A DNA stretch of 64,000 nt from a bacterium (GCA_029778565.1 JAKOQC010000249.1:45611-109610), one strand, 5' to 3'; counted from the first letter of the stretch, positions 37,321 to 47,916 are shown. Numbers and translations are program-made. The notes: generated by a model not told the origin, from the letters alone.

Positions 37321-37675
37321 TTGGTGGATTGACTTGTGCTGATCTTTTTTCTTTTTGATTTTGTTTTACCCTATGATTTTTTCAATCAACTAGTTATATT
37401 GTATCGAACCTATTGAGATTAGTATATATATAAGTATAAGAATTAAACCAAAGCATAAAAAAAATCGAGCCGCAATTTGGCTCGAATACATTAATTTCTT
37501 TCTATTATTTATTTTGTTAAAACAAATTGACGGGGCTTTATGCCTCCGCCAATCTGTAAAAAAGAGCTTTGTTTTTGTTTTGAGTAATTTTAGTGTGCAG
37601 CACTAAATCCATAATACTGGTTAAGCATAAGCCTTGTCAACAACTTTTTTCAAAGTTTTTTTAGTTTTTTTGCAA

Positions 37676-38716
37676 TTATTTTTTTTCGCTAGTAAATTTA
37701 CCGTCACGCGCAAACGAATTATTGGCCAAAAGTTGGGCAAAGATTTTTTGAGCTTCGGCAACGTTTTGGCTCTTGCCGTCCCACTTTGCCATTACTGGGT
37801 CTTGCACGGCGCGCGAGAATGAGAAAGTAATAGGCCAGGGTTGTTTGCCGGCGCTTCCGATAGCATTCAGATTGGCTGTAGCCATATCAGGAGATTGGCC
37901 GCCAGATAAGAACACGATACCGGCTATATCTTTTGGTACACGCTCGTTAAATACCCCTAACGTGGCGTTGGCAACAGCATGCGGGTCGGATTGTTGCGGA
38001 TTATCTTTGCCAGCCAGCACCATGCTTGATTTTAATATCACACCAGATAAATCAACTTTGTAAGCAGTAAGCAGCTCAAACAATACTCGTAATACAACCG
38101 AGAGTGTATCTTGGCAGGCCTTCTGGCTATGTGTGCCATCATAAAGAACTTCTGGCTCTACAATAGGTACCATTCCAGCGGCTTGAGCCAAAGAAGCATA
38201 ACGAGCCATAGCGTGCAGGTTGGCATGTATAGCAGTAGAGGTAGGAAGTTTGCCTGCCTCATCTATAACAAATGCAGCCCGCCATTTGGTAAACCTCGCA
38301 CCCATTTTGTAATACTCAGTCAGCCGTTCGGCGAGGCCATCGAGGCCTTCAGTAACTGTTTCACCAGGGAAGTTAGGCAGGTCTACAAGCCCGCCATCGA
38401 CTTTTATACCTGGTATTATGCCTTGTTCTTGTAAATAATCAGCAAATGGCTTGCCGTCGTCAGTGGTTTGGCGAATTGTTTCGTCGTAGAATATTACACC
38501 GCTGATGTATTGTGCGACATTGGGTGTAGTAAAGAGCATTTGGCGGTATAGGCGTCGCATTTCTTCGGACTGTTCAATATTGAGGGCTGCAAAACGCTTA
38601 TTAGCACTTTTTGTCGACTCATCGGCAGCTAAAAGCCCCTTTGGATCTGATAATAGCTGACTTGCAATAGAAGAGAGGGAATTCATAGTACCTCTAGCAT
38701 AAGCAATATTCACCAA
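37676..38716 (-). CDS. fbaA: fructose-bisphosphate aldolase, class I (eukaryotic type)
   Basis: KGLLAADESTKSANKRF, RQMLFTTPNVAQYISGVIFYDETIRQ, GIIPGIKVDGGLVDLPNFPGETVTEGLDGLAERLTEYYKMGARFTKWRAAF match the class I aldolase TIM barrel including the Schiff-base Lys region. Confidence 0.85.
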   Translation of the reverse strand: MVNIAYARGTMNSLSSIASQLLSDPKGLLAADESTKSANKRFAALNIEQSEEMRRLYRQMLFTTPNVAQYISGVIFYDETIRQTTDDGKPFADYLQEQGIIPGIKVDGGLVDLPNFPGETVTEGLDGLAERLTEYYKMGARFTKWRAAFVIDEAGKLPTSTAIHANLHAMARYASLAQAAGMVPIVEPEVLYDGTHSQKACQDTLSVVLRVLFELLTAYKVDLSGVILKSSMVLAGKDNPQQSDPHAVANATLGVFNERVPKDIAGIVFLSGGQSPDMATANLNAIGSAGKQPWPITFSFSRAVQDPVMAKWDGKSQNVAEAQKIFAQLLANNSFARDGKFTSEKK

Positions 38717-38850
38717 TAATTCAAGTTAACAGAAGAAAATGTACTGATTTTATACATATACTTAATGCTATAGCACTTAGTATATGCGAAATTATTTTCT
38801 GCTAACAGATATAAAATGCAAATGAACACTAAAAATAACTGTACTAATAT

Positions 38851-39300
38851 TTAACGTTTAGACTGAATATCGCGGCTAGCATCGCGTAGCATATCACGCT
38901 TTTTTATTGTCTGACGTTTGTCATAGGCCTTTTTACCACGCCCAAGCCCTATTTCTACTTTAATAAGGTTGCGCTCTAGACCCATTGCTAGAGGTAAAAC
39001 AGTCATGCCGGCTGACTGCACGGCTTCTCGAAGCTCAACAAGCTCTTTCTTTTGCAGTAATAGCTTGCGATTACGGGTAGGATCGTAATCTTTGGTGTGC
39101 GAAGCATGTTTGTAGGGGGTGATAGTAGCATTGGTGAGAAATGCTTCATTACCACTAAAGTGCACAAAGCTACCTTTAAGGCTAATTGCACCAGATCTGG
39201 CACTCTTGGTTTCTTGGCCACTCAAAACAATACCAGCTAGATACGTTTTACTGATATCATAGTCAAATTTGGCGCGTTTGTTCTTGGCTAAGATTTTCAT
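38851..39300 (-). CDS. smpB: SsrA-binding protein
   Basis: AKNKRAKFDYDISKTYLAGIVLSGQETKS...LLLQKKELVEL matches SmpB. Confidence 0.9.
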   Translation of the reverse strand: MKILAKNKRAKFDYDISKTYLAGIVLSGQETKSARSGAISLKGSFVHFSGNEAFLTNATITPYKHASHTKDYDPTRNRKLLLQKKELVELREAVQSAGMTVLPLAMGLERNLIKVEIGLGRGKKAYDKRQTIKKRDMLRDASRDIQSKR

Positions 39301-39347
39301 AGTTCTTATTATAGCCTACTTGATGCTAAATCAGATATAATAGCAAT

Positions 39348-40952
39348 ATGGAACTCCCAAAACAGATAGTCTTTCAGGCTATCGAGCAAGCTTATACTAA
39401 CGAATTTCAAGAGAAACTCCCGACAGGAGTGAGTTTAGACTATTGCGAGGCAAAGTTTGGTGATTTTGCATCGAATATTGCCATGCAATTAGCTCCTAAA
39501 TTACAACTCTCACCTAGGGAAGTGGCTGATTCTTTAGCTGAAGAAGTGCGGAAAGTAAAAGATATTGATACTGTTGAGGTGGCTGGGCCGGGGTTTATTA
39601 ATATCACACTCAGCAACGAGACGTGGTGTAGATATGCCGAAAATCTTACTCAGTTTGGTAACCTAAATCAGGCAAAACCTCAAAAAGTACAAATAGAGTT
39701 TGTTAGTGCTAACCCTACCGGTCCATTAGTACTTACCAATGCTTGGCAAGGATACTATGGGGATATTTTAGCCAATATCTATTCTAGCCAGGGCTACCAA
39801 GTAGCCCGAGAATATTATCTGAATGACGGTGGCAACCAGATAATAGCTCTTGGTGATGCTATTCAACAGAGCCTGGGTAAGGATTTTTCTGAAGAACGTG
39901 CCAAAGAGCTTTATAGAGGTGAGTATGTAGATGCAGTTGCCAAGACAATTAGTGAAGAGTATGGAGACGCTAGCCGGGTTTTAGCTACTCAGCCAGCAAT
40001 AATTGGTAAACGTGCAGCAGAAATTATTCTCGACCATTATATACGTCGTGATCTCGAGCATTTGGGTGTGCATTTTGACACAATCTTTTCTGAAACTATT
40101 GCAGATACGAAGGCTACCTTAGCTAGACTGAAAGAAGCCGGGCTTCTAAAAGAAAAAGAGGGGGCTATCTGGCTGAATGGCGAAAAGATTGGTCTCGATA
40201 AAGATGAGGTGTTGGTGAGGAGTTATGATAAAGGTGAAACCTACTTCCTAAAAGATATCGCTTATCAACTTAATCGCATAGAGGATAGGGGGTTTGAAAA
40301 AACTATTACCATTGTGGGCCCAGATCATCACGGTCAAGCCATACGGCTTGTAAAGACACTCGAGGCACTTGGCCACACGAGTTTTACCGAGCTGTCGACT
40401 CAAACTATCCGCCTTATCAAAGATGGGAAAGAGTTTAAGATGAGTAAACGGGCCGGTAATTATATCCTCCTTGCCGATTTCCTTAATGAGGTGCCAACCG
40501 AGGCAGCTCGATTCTACTTTGGCATGCGCGACACTAATAGTCATATGGATTTCGATATTGATCTTGTAAAAGAGCGATCACAGAAGAATCCGGTATATTA
40601 TGCAATGTATGCCTATGCCCGGGCATGTTCACTCCGTTCTTTAGCTAAAGAGAATAATCTAGTGACTGCCAATAATCTTTCACCAGACAACCTATCGGCA
40701 CCCCAGCGTGAGTTGTTGCGACAGATTAGTCAGTTACCAGAAATATTGCAGGCAATAACTCAAAATCACAAGGTACACCTTCTGCTTCATGCGACATTAG
40801 AAGTAGCACAGTGTTTTCATGAGTGGTACGAGCAAGAAAAGATAGTAGGTAGTGATGATGCTCAGCACAAACTCGCCCTACTCGATAGATTCTGCTCTAT
40901 TTATGAGGTAATCTTTTCTATTCTTGGAGTAACTCTCTTAGAAAAAATGTAA
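39348..40952 (+). CDS. argS: arginyl-tRNA synthetase homologue with HIGH motif replaced (PLVLTN) but canonical KMSKR present
   Basis: FVSANPTGPL...GDILANIY...REYYLNDGGNQI matches the ArgRS Rossmann core, and C-terminal DALR domain (YYAMYAYARACSL). Translation of 39700-39780 checked by hand: the HxGH tetrapeptide is absent. Confidence 0.75.
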   Translation: MELPKQIVFQAIEQAYTNEFQEKLPTGVSLDYCEAKFGDFASNIAMQLAPKLQLSPREVADSLAEEVRKVKDIDTVEVAGPGFINITLSNETWCRYAENLTQFGNLNQAKPQKVQIEFVSANPTGPLVLTNAWQGYYGDILANIYSSQGYQVAREYYLNDGGNQIIALGDAIQQSLGKDFSEERAKELYRGEYVDAVAKTISEEYGDASRVLATQPAIIGKRAAEIILDHYIRRDLEHLGVHFDTIFSETIADTKATLARLKEAGLLKEKEGAIWLNGEKIGLDKDEVLVRSYDKGETYFLKDIAYQLNRIEDRGFEKTITIVGPDHHGQAIRLVKTLEALGHTSFTELSTQTIRLIKDGKEFKMSKRAGNYILLADFLNEVPTEAARFYFGMRDTNSHMDFDIDLVKERSQKNPVYYAMYAYARACSLRSLAKENNLVTANNLSPDNLSAPQRELLRQISQLPEILQAITQNHKVHLLLHATLEVAQCFHEWYEQEKIVGSDDAQHKLALLDRFCSIYEVIFSILGVTLLEKM

Positions 40953-40958
40953 CTTGCT

Positions 40959-42914
40959 TTAAATGGGCAGGCTAAAAAGCCCATCCTTACTAACAAAGTA
41001 GAGCAGGTTATTTTTCTCATCGACAGTAAAATTGGTAATATTAGTTGTGTTATTTACAACTAACTGCTTTTGAAATACCGCGCTATTACCCTGGATAGTT
41101 AACAACGTAAACGAATTGTTACTGCTGTCGAGTAAGAAAAGCGATTCTGGAGAAGAACGGTAGCCAAGCTGTATGACATTATCAAGAGACGGTATACCGG
41201 TAGTGGTAAAGCTTTGGGCTGTATTCTGGCTATATTGGCGAATATTACCTGACTTATTTGTAGTATATATTGTGTTTCCCACAACAAAGCTAACAGCATC
41301 CTTTAGGCTCGGATCGTTTGTCTTTAAGTAATTTGTTTGTGGGCCAAACTGATTACTGCCAACAGAGCGAAAACGGTAAATTTGGCCAGCGGACGGCATT
41401 AAAAAGTAGAGATTGCCAGCATAGGTGGCGGTGGCTTGTGCGCTGGGCCAGAAACTTGCACTCGTACGTGCTTCTGTGACGGTTAAATCTGGTTTAACTG
41501 AGAACACCGATGACTGGGTCAGGGCATAGGTAAGAGGAGAGTCTGTCGATGAAACGAGCCATTTGCTATCAACTAAGCTGGTTTGGGTTTTATTTGTTGT
41601 CTTGTTAGAGCTAGTAATGTAGCCTAGAAGCCTACCAGTAGCTGGATTTAACAAATTGAGTTGTGTTGAAGTGCCGGTTAACAGAGAATACGAAAAGTTG
41701 TTCTCACTAAAGGTTTTTGTGGCACTCACCCGAAAGATATTATGAATTTCATCGAGTTGAACTTGTGAGTATTGTGCAATCTCATCAAGCGTTGGTTGTT
41801 TATGGCCTGAGGCATACTTATTAAGTGTGGTTTTTTCGGTTGCACTAAGGCTAGATATTTCTTTTAGAACTTGGTTAAACTGTGCCTCTGAGTTACTTGT
41901 GTCTTGGTTGGTTTTGCTTGCTTGGGCATTTGTATACAGACCTTGAATCTTCTGATACTCTGTTGATGTTTTGCTATTACTACCAAAAATATTCCAAGCG
42001 ATAATACTAGCAATAATAATAGCTATCACTCCACCAATAATAAGTAATGCTCTCAGTGGGTTTGGATTAATATACGTACTCCATAGCTTTGTCCAGAGTG
42101 ATTGTAAACGATGTGTAATGGCTCTTACTGGTTTTGTTTTGTGAGTATGGGTACTAGGTTGGCTTTGAGTAGTTTTCTTGGAGATGATACGCGATTTAAC
42201 AATCCTGTAGTGTCGTTTAATATTGTGGTGAGCTTTGGCAATAATTCCAGTAGAAGCAAGTACGGGCAACTTGCCAAGAGGTGACTGAGATTGAGTGTCA
42301 AAGTTAATGATTAGGTTAAACCAAGCAGATTCAACGCGACCATGGGTAGTCAAATGTACTGAATAGGCTATTTCTTCTAAGCTATTTGATTTTGGGTTAT
42401 TACTGCTTTCGGCGAGGGTAATAAAAAGATGTTTTAAATCTTTGTGTGATCCAGAAATAATTTCTGAAAACTCAAGAAATTCTTCTGGCGTATAAACCTC
42501 GTGTAGGCGATGTGAGCTGTCTTCGGCAATAATATAGCCTTCACCACAGGCCGAGACGAGAAACTCGCTCTCAGTAATAGTAATGATGCAAATACTATAC
42601 TCGTATTCTTGTCGGTGGTCTTTGTAGTAGTGTCGAATTTCTTCCATACCTGTGTTAATGGCACGAATAGACCGACTAAAGCGCTTAAAATTGTCATCTT
42701 CAATTTCTGCGCGGTAATAATGATCTTCAAAACTTACAATGGCACGTTCGAATACTTGCTGATGCACTTCTCCAGGAATATATGCCAGAAAGAACGTTTC
42801 GCCGTAATGATTGTTATTAGAGTGAGAGTTTAAGACTTGGAAGTGAAAGTTGGCTGCTGTTGGCAAACCTTTTGCGGGAGAGGCTGTCTTATATGTACAT
42901 AACTCTCTTTCCAT
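40959..42914 (-). CDS. hypothetical bitopic membrane protein (N-terminal cytoplasmic domain, central TM, ~350-aa Ser/Thr/Asn-rich extracytoplasmic domain)
   Basis: TM helix LRALLIIGGVIAIIIASIIAWNIF near residue 290. No family recognised. Confidence 0.3.
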   Translation of the reverse strand: MERELCTYKTASPAKGLPTAANFHFQVLNSHSNNNHYGETFFLAYIPGEVHQQVFERAIVSFEDHYYRAEIEDDNFKRFSRSIRAINTGMEEIRHYYKDHRQEYEYSICIITITESEFLVSACGEGYIIAEDSSHRLHEVYTPEEFLEFSEIISGSHKDLKHLFITLAESSNNPKSNSLEEIAYSVHLTTHGRVESAWFNLIINFDTQSQSPLGKLPVLASTGIIAKAHHNIKRHYRIVKSRIISKKTTQSQPSTHTHKTKPVRAITHRLQSLWTKLWSTYINPNPLRALLIIGGVIAIIIASIIAWNIFGSNSKTSTEYQKIQGLYTNAQASKTNQDTSNSEAQFNQVLKEISSLSATEKTTLNKYASGHKQPTLDEIAQYSQVQLDEIHNIFRVSATKTFSENNFSYSLLTGTSTQLNLLNPATGRLLGYITSSNKTTNKTQTSLVDSKWLVSSTDSPLTYALTQSSVFSVKPDLTVTEARTSASFWPSAQATATYAGNLYFLMPSAGQIYRFRSVGSNQFGPQTNYLKTNDPSLKDAVSFVVGNTIYTTNKSGNIRQYSQNTAQSFTTTGIPSLDNVIQLGYRSSPESLFLLDSSNNSFTLLTIQGNSAVFQKQLVVNNTTNITNFTVDEKNNLLYFVSKDGLFSLPI

Positions 42915-42984
42915 AAAACCCCTTTTTATTAGCTTAACATCTTATCTATAGGTTACCAAGTAGATTTCTCGTATAATGAAATAA

Positions 42985-45807
42985 ATGGAGAGGTATAATG
43001 CAGCACAAAAGCAGGCGATAGCCCATGGTGAGGGGCCAGCTTTAGTTGTGGCCGGGGCTGGTACAGGTAAGACAGCTGTTATTACACAGAGAATACTTCG
43101 ATTAATAGAATCTCGCCGAGTGGCTCCAGAAAAGATATTGGCTTTAACATTTACCGATAAAGCCGCTGCAGAAATGCAAGATAGAGTAGACGATATATCG
43201 CCCATTGGATATATCGATAGTACAATAACTACATTTCATAGTTTTTGCGCTGAAATATTACGTGGTTATGGGGTAGAGATGGGCCTAAGTACTGATTTTA
43301 CAATTATTTCGGGCTATCAACAGGTAGTAATTTTGCAGTCTGTAATAAACGAACTTGACCTGGTTTACTACAAAACCAATAGTAGCCCATATAGCTTTGT
43401 AAATGCAGTACTTGGTTTTCTGGGACGCCTGAAAGATGAGGGGATAACCGAGCAAAAGTTTGCCCAATTTGTTAAACAGAGCAAGCTAGAGGGTGAAGAA
43501 AAAGAGCGAAACGTAGAGCTTTCTCATATCTTTACGGCTTTCGAAAAAGCCAAGCTAGAACAAAATTGTCTTGATTACTCAGACTTATTGGTCTGTTGCT
43601 TGGAGCTTTTTCAGTTAAGAAAAGAGGTTTTAAAGTATTTTCAACAACAATATGAATATATTTTGGTTGATGAATACCAGGATACTAACTACGTTCAGAA
43701 CGAAATAGTAAAAATATTATCAAAAAAACATCGAAATTTGTTTGTTGTTGGTGATGATGATCAGTCAATTTACCGATTTAGAGGTGCAGCTATTAGTAAT
43801 ATATTGCACTTTATCGATGATTTTCCGGATGCGAAGCAATTTGTACTTACTCAAAACTATCGTTCCACACAGCAAATTCTAGATGTTAGTTATCGTCTTA
43901 TTAACCATAACAATCCCTATCGACTAGAAACTCAAAACAATATCAACAAAAAGTTATCATCTACCCAAAAAGGTAAGGCACCAGAAGTAAATTTCCTTGC
44001 AACTCAGCCCATGGAAGCAGAATGGGTAGTTAATAAGATAGAAAGTCTCATTAAATCCGGTACCCCCTCGAATGAAATTGCTATTCTCTTACGTAAGAAC
44101 AATCAAGCCGAAGTCTTTACCCATCTATTAGAGAAAAAATCTATTTCTTATGAGCTTAGTCAGAACAAAAAACTCTTTGAGCAAGAGCCAGTAAGGTCAC
44201 TTATTAATCTTATAAAGGCTATTAATAACCCAGACGATTCACAAGCACTCTATCTGGTATTGGTTGGGCACATCTATTCTTTGCCAATCGATGAAATAGT
44301 AAGTGCAAGTGCGGCTGCACACAGGGCACGGATAAGCCTTGAAGAATATCTAAATACAAGTAATGAAAGCCCAAATGGCGGCAAACAAGCGCTAGATGAT
44401 ATTAAAGAACTACGCCAAAATGCGCTTACACTAACAGGAGGGCAAATACTTTACTCCTATCTAGAAAAATATCATATTATTCAAAATTTAGTAGATAAAT
44501 CTGAGTCTGATTATAATGCTGTTTTGCAGTTACAATACTTATCGCAATTTTTCTCGCTCATTCGAGACTACGAAAGGACTGTTGCAACCCCCAATCTCTA
44601 TGGCTTGTATCAGTATTTCGAATTAATGCATCAAAGTGAGGTAGATATTGTCTCAGAAGTAGCACCGCTTGATCAGTCAGCTGTGCAGATATTGACGGTA
44701 CATAAAGCAAAAGGGCTTGAGTTTAGTGCTGTATTTTTAGTTGATATGGTAGAGCAGACATTTCCAGCCACACGGCGCCCAGAACCTATTAGAATACCAG
44801 ATGGCCTACTAGAGGGCAGTGATAGTGCTGATATCAACTGGCATTTACTTGAAGAAAGACGGTTGTGCTACGTTGCTATGACAAGAGCAAAAAACACTCT
44901 CTATATAACAGGTTCGGCTGATCATGGTGGCAAGCGATCCAAAAAACCCTCCCGATTCATTACTGAAGCAACAAATTATACTCCTAAGAAATCAGAACTT
45001 TCTCAGATAAAATCGGCCTTTGCTGATTTTCAACCCACGCTAGCAGCAAAAACCAGTAAGAATTTTGATCCTACGCAGAAGTACTTTGATGAAGGTGGCT
45101 GGCTTCATTTGAGTGCCAATCAAGTAGCTGACTATCTGCGTTCGCCCAAAGAATTTTGGTATTTTGATGTTTTACAACTACCCAAAGGCCCGTTTCATTC
45201 TCTGGTATATGGTTCGGCTATACATGCCGCTATAGAGTATTATTATAGCCGTGTAATACGTGATCAAAGGGTAAATCTGAATGAGTTACATACAGTATTT
45301 GATAATTCTTGGAAGAGTGAAGGGTTTGTGTCGTTTCAGCACGAACAAGCAAGGCGTAAAAAGGGGAAAGAAGTGCTAGGACGGTTTTACAAGGAGCAAC
45401 AAGCCAAAAAAGACTTCCCTAAATGGGTAGAAAAAGCATTTACACTGCGATTACCAGAAGTAAAAATGGTTATCCGGGGTAGATATGATGCAGTTTTTGA
45501 TAGGCAGGGAAAAATAGAGATAAGTGACTTTAAAACTGGTGAGGTTAAGGATGAAAAAGCTGCTCAGAAGAAGCTAAAAGACAGTATACAAATGGCGATT
45601 TACGCCTTAGCGTGGGAAAAGATAGCCAAAACACCGGTAGAATCTCTCAGTTTAAACTTTCTTGAAAAGTCTATTCTTGTGAAGCAGCAACCAATAGACG
45701 AAAGTGTGGTTATTGCTAAGTTAAATAAAGTGCGCGATGGTATACTAAGTAAAGAATTTAGTCAGAGTGGTGAAAGTAGAGTAAATTTTGGAAGTTTTAT
45801 CGAATGA
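42985..45807 (+). CDS. UvrD/PcrA-like SF1 helicase fused to a C-terminal PD-(D/E)xK (RecB/Cas4-like) nuclease domain
   Basis: Walker A AGAGTGKT, helicase motifs (YILVDEYQDTN, VVGDDDQSIYRFRGA, QNYRST, VHKAKGLEF). C-terminus GRYDAVFDRQGKIEISDFKTGEV...QMAIYALAW is a D...D/E-x-K nuclease core with trailing Q..Y motif. Confidence 0.7.
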   Translation: MERYNAAQKQAIAHGEGPALVVAGAGTGKTAVITQRILRLIESRRVAPEKILALTFTDKAAAEMQDRVDDISPIGYIDSTITTFHSFCAEILRGYGVEMGLSTDFTIISGYQQVVILQSVINELDLVYYKTNSSPYSFVNAVLGFLGRLKDEGITEQKFAQFVKQSKLEGEEKERNVELSHIFTAFEKAKLEQNCLDYSDLLVCCLELFQLRKEVLKYFQQQYEYILVDEYQDTNYVQNEIVKILSKKHRNLFVVGDDDQSIYRFRGAAISNILHFIDDFPDAKQFVLTQNYRSTQQILDVSYRLINHNNPYRLETQNNINKKLSSTQKGKAPEVNFLATQPMEAEWVVNKIESLIKSGTPSNEIAILLRKNNQAEVFTHLLEKKSISYELSQNKKLFEQEPVRSLINLIKAINNPDDSQALYLVLVGHIYSLPIDEIVSASAAAHRARISLEEYLNTSNESPNGGKQALDDIKELRQNALTLTGGQILYSYLEKYHIIQNLVDKSESDYNAVLQLQYLSQFFSLIRDYERTVATPNLYGLYQYFELMHQSEVDIVSEVAPLDQSAVQILTVHKAKGLEFSAVFLVDMVEQTFPATRRPEPIRIPDGLLEGSDSADINWHLLEERRLCYVAMTRAKNTLYITGSADHGGKRSKKPSRFITEATNYTPKKSELSQIKSAFADFQPTLAAKTSKNFDPTQKYFDEGGWLHLSANQVADYLRSPKEFWYFDVLQLPKGPFHSLVYGSAIHAAIEYYYSRVIRDQRVNLNELHTVFDNSWKSEGFVSFQHEQARRKKGKEVLGRFYKEQQAKKDFPKWVEKAFTLRLPEVKMVIRGRYDAVFDRQGKIEISDFKTGEVKDEKAAQKKLKDSIQMAIYALAWEKIAKTPVESLSLNFLEKSILVKQQPIDESVVIAKLNKVRDGILSKEFSQSGESRVNFGSFIE

Positions 45808-46304
45808 ATAATCATATCCACAGAGACCAAGAATGGCTCGAAAATATGTTAGCCGACATCTGGTATAAGTACTTTTTTGATGTTGAGCAATCGAACAACG
45901 TAACTATACGATATGGCAGAAAAGCTAAACGGCGTCTAGGGTCTATCAGTCTCGATAGAGTGGACGGAGTAACGTCAATAATTACTATAAACCCACTCTA
46001 TCAAGACGAGATGGTTCCAGAATATGTTGTAAAAGCTACCATAGTACACGAAATGACCCACTATGCACACGGATTTAATTCTCCTCACGAGCAAAAACAG
46101 CGGCACCCTCATTCTGGAGGGGTAATACGCAAGGAATTTGCCGAACGAGGTCTAGAAGATCTTTATCTTAAGCAACAGAAGTGGTTAAAGGACAACTGGA
46201 TAGGTGTAGTCGAGAAGTATTTTGGACCGCAAAAACCAATATATAGAGTACGACGCAAAAGTACCTCACAATCGATCAAAATTAGCCCATGGTGGATGAG
46301 CTAA
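45804..46304 (+). CDS. DUF45/YgjP (SprT/WLM-like) zinc metallopeptidase-fold protein, translationally coupled (ATGA) to the helicase-nuclease
   Basis: IVHEMTHYAHGFNSPHEQ (HExxH...H) resembles the YgjP/DUF45 HELxHlxxxNHsxxFW motif. Confidence 0.45.
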   Translation: MNNHIHRDQEWLENMLADIWYKYFFDVEQSNNVTIRYGRKAKRRLGSISLDRVDGVTSIITINPLYQDEMVPEYVVKATIVHEMTHYAHGFNSPHEQKQRHPHSGGVIRKEFAERGLEDLYLKQQKWLKDNWIGVVEKYFGPQKPIYRVRRKSTSQSIKISPWWMS

Positions 46305-46433
46305 ATTATTATAAACATAACTTGCTTAGCAAATTAGTCCGTCATAAAAGCAAAAAACAAAAATCTGCACATAAATTAACAACAAAAAACTTATGGTAAA
46401 ACTATTGAAAAATAGCATTAATTATGATATAGT

Positions 46434-46784
46434 GTGTTTATGAAACAGCGAAAAGTATCAATAACGCAAGGTAATAATATAGTTGCACAAAGTTCGGGCT
46501 ATACATTAAAGCAAAAGGCCTCTATTAGAAGTCGCGAGCGACTCAATAAGTTAGCAGTTACTAAAGCAAGAAAGTACTTACTGTTTGCTCTTATTACTTT
46601 TGTATTTACTCAAATAATCAAATTCCTTACTAACAGTGTCTTTTGGAATGGAAGTGAAACTCCAACAGGAGTATTGTTCTTGTTTGTAACTTACCTTCAG
46701 ATAGGATTATTGTTATTTACATTTATCTTTTTGGTAAGTGCTGCTTACCAAGCATTGAAACGTATTTTTTCTGATATAGCCTAA
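46434..46784 (+). CDS. hypothetical membrane protein
   Basis: Two predicted TM helices. No motif. Confidence 0.25.
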   Translation: MFMKQRKVSITQGNNIVAQSSGYTLKQKASIRSRERLNKLAVTKARKYLLFALITFVFTQIIKFLTNSVFWNGSETPTGVLFLFVTYLQIGLLLFTFIFLVSAAYQALKRIFSDIA

Positions 46785-46835
46785 AACTTAGTATATTCGT
46801 ATTGTGTTCGTACATTTCAACTGTATAATGGATGT

Positions 46836-47912
46836 ATGATTACTTTTTTATTGTTCTTAATGGTTGTTATTCTCATAGTTGGTTTTTTAGGGCTGTATCT
46901 TTCGTTTCAGGGTAAATTAGCACGTCTAAAAGATGACTCTTCACTTGGTTATATCAAGCAAGATCTTGAGGCTCTTAACCAGACGCTTAGTAAGACCCAA
47001 GAAGCGATGCATGAACGTATTGATCGCAATAACGCCACTATGCAAAGCAGTATGCATAAACAAATGAGCGAGTCATCTCGACTAATTCAAGAAGTAACTA
47101 CGCGTCTCACCAAGCTTGACGAAACTAATCGTAGGGTAGTAGACGTAGCCGATGAGCTAAAAACCCTACAAAACGTACTGTCCAACCCTAAACAACGGGG
47201 TGTACTTGGTGAATACTATTTAGGTGAAATTCTCAAGAACACCATGCCTCCAGATAGATATCAGCTGCAATATAAATTTAAAAATGGTGAGATAGTTGAT
47301 GCAGCTATTTTTTTAGATCAGGGAAAAGTATTGCCGATAGATTCAAAGTTCAGTTTAGAAAACTATAATCGAGTAGTTGAGGCAAAGGATAAAGAGAAGC
47401 GAGATGCGCTTATTAAACAGTTTAAAGTCGATTTAAAAGCCAGAATTGATGAAACCTCTAAATATATTCGTCCAGATGAGAATACGATGGATTTTGCCTT
47501 TATGTTTATACCTTCCGAAGCCATATATTATGACCTCCTTGTAAATAAAGTAGGTACTATCCAGACGAGTTCTCAAGACTTAATAGAATATGCATTTCGA
47601 GATAAACGGGTCATTATTGTCTCACCGACATCATTTATGGCATATTTACAGACGGTTATGCAGGGATTGAGGAGCTTGCAAATAGAAGAACAAGCCAAAG
47701 AAATACAAAAACGTGTAGGTCAGCTAGGCAAGCATCTAATAAATTATGATGAATATATGCACAAGCTGGGTAATTCTCTTGGTACTACGGTGAACCACTA
47801 CAATACTGCCCATAAAGAATTGAAGAAAATAGACAAAGATGTAGTAAAAATTGCTACAACCGATGAAGCCGTTGAGCAGCTGGTTATTGAGAAGCCTCAT
47901 TTAGAAGATTAG
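46836..47912 (+). CDS. rmuC: DNA recombination protein RmuC
   Basis: N-terminal TM, long coiled coil, C-terminal RmuC nuclease-like domain (YIRPDENTMDFAFMFIPSEAIYYDLL...). Confidence 0.6.
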   Translation: MITFLLFLMVVILIVGFLGLYLSFQGKLARLKDDSSLGYIKQDLEALNQTLSKTQEAMHERIDRNNATMQSSMHKQMSESSRLIQEVTTRLTKLDETNRRVVDVADELKTLQNVLSNPKQRGVLGEYYLGEILKNTMPPDRYQLQYKFKNGEIVDAAIFLDQGKVLPIDSKFSLENYNRVVEAKDKEKRDALIKQFKVDLKARIDETSKYIRPDENTMDFAFMFIPSEAIYYDLLVNKVGTIQTSSQDLIEYAFRDKRVIIVSPTSFMAYLQTVMQGLRSLQIEEQAKEIQKRVGQLGKHLINYDEYMHKLGNSLGTTVNHYNTAHKELKKIDKDVVKIATTDEAVEQLVIEKPHLED

Positions 47913-47916
47913 CTGT

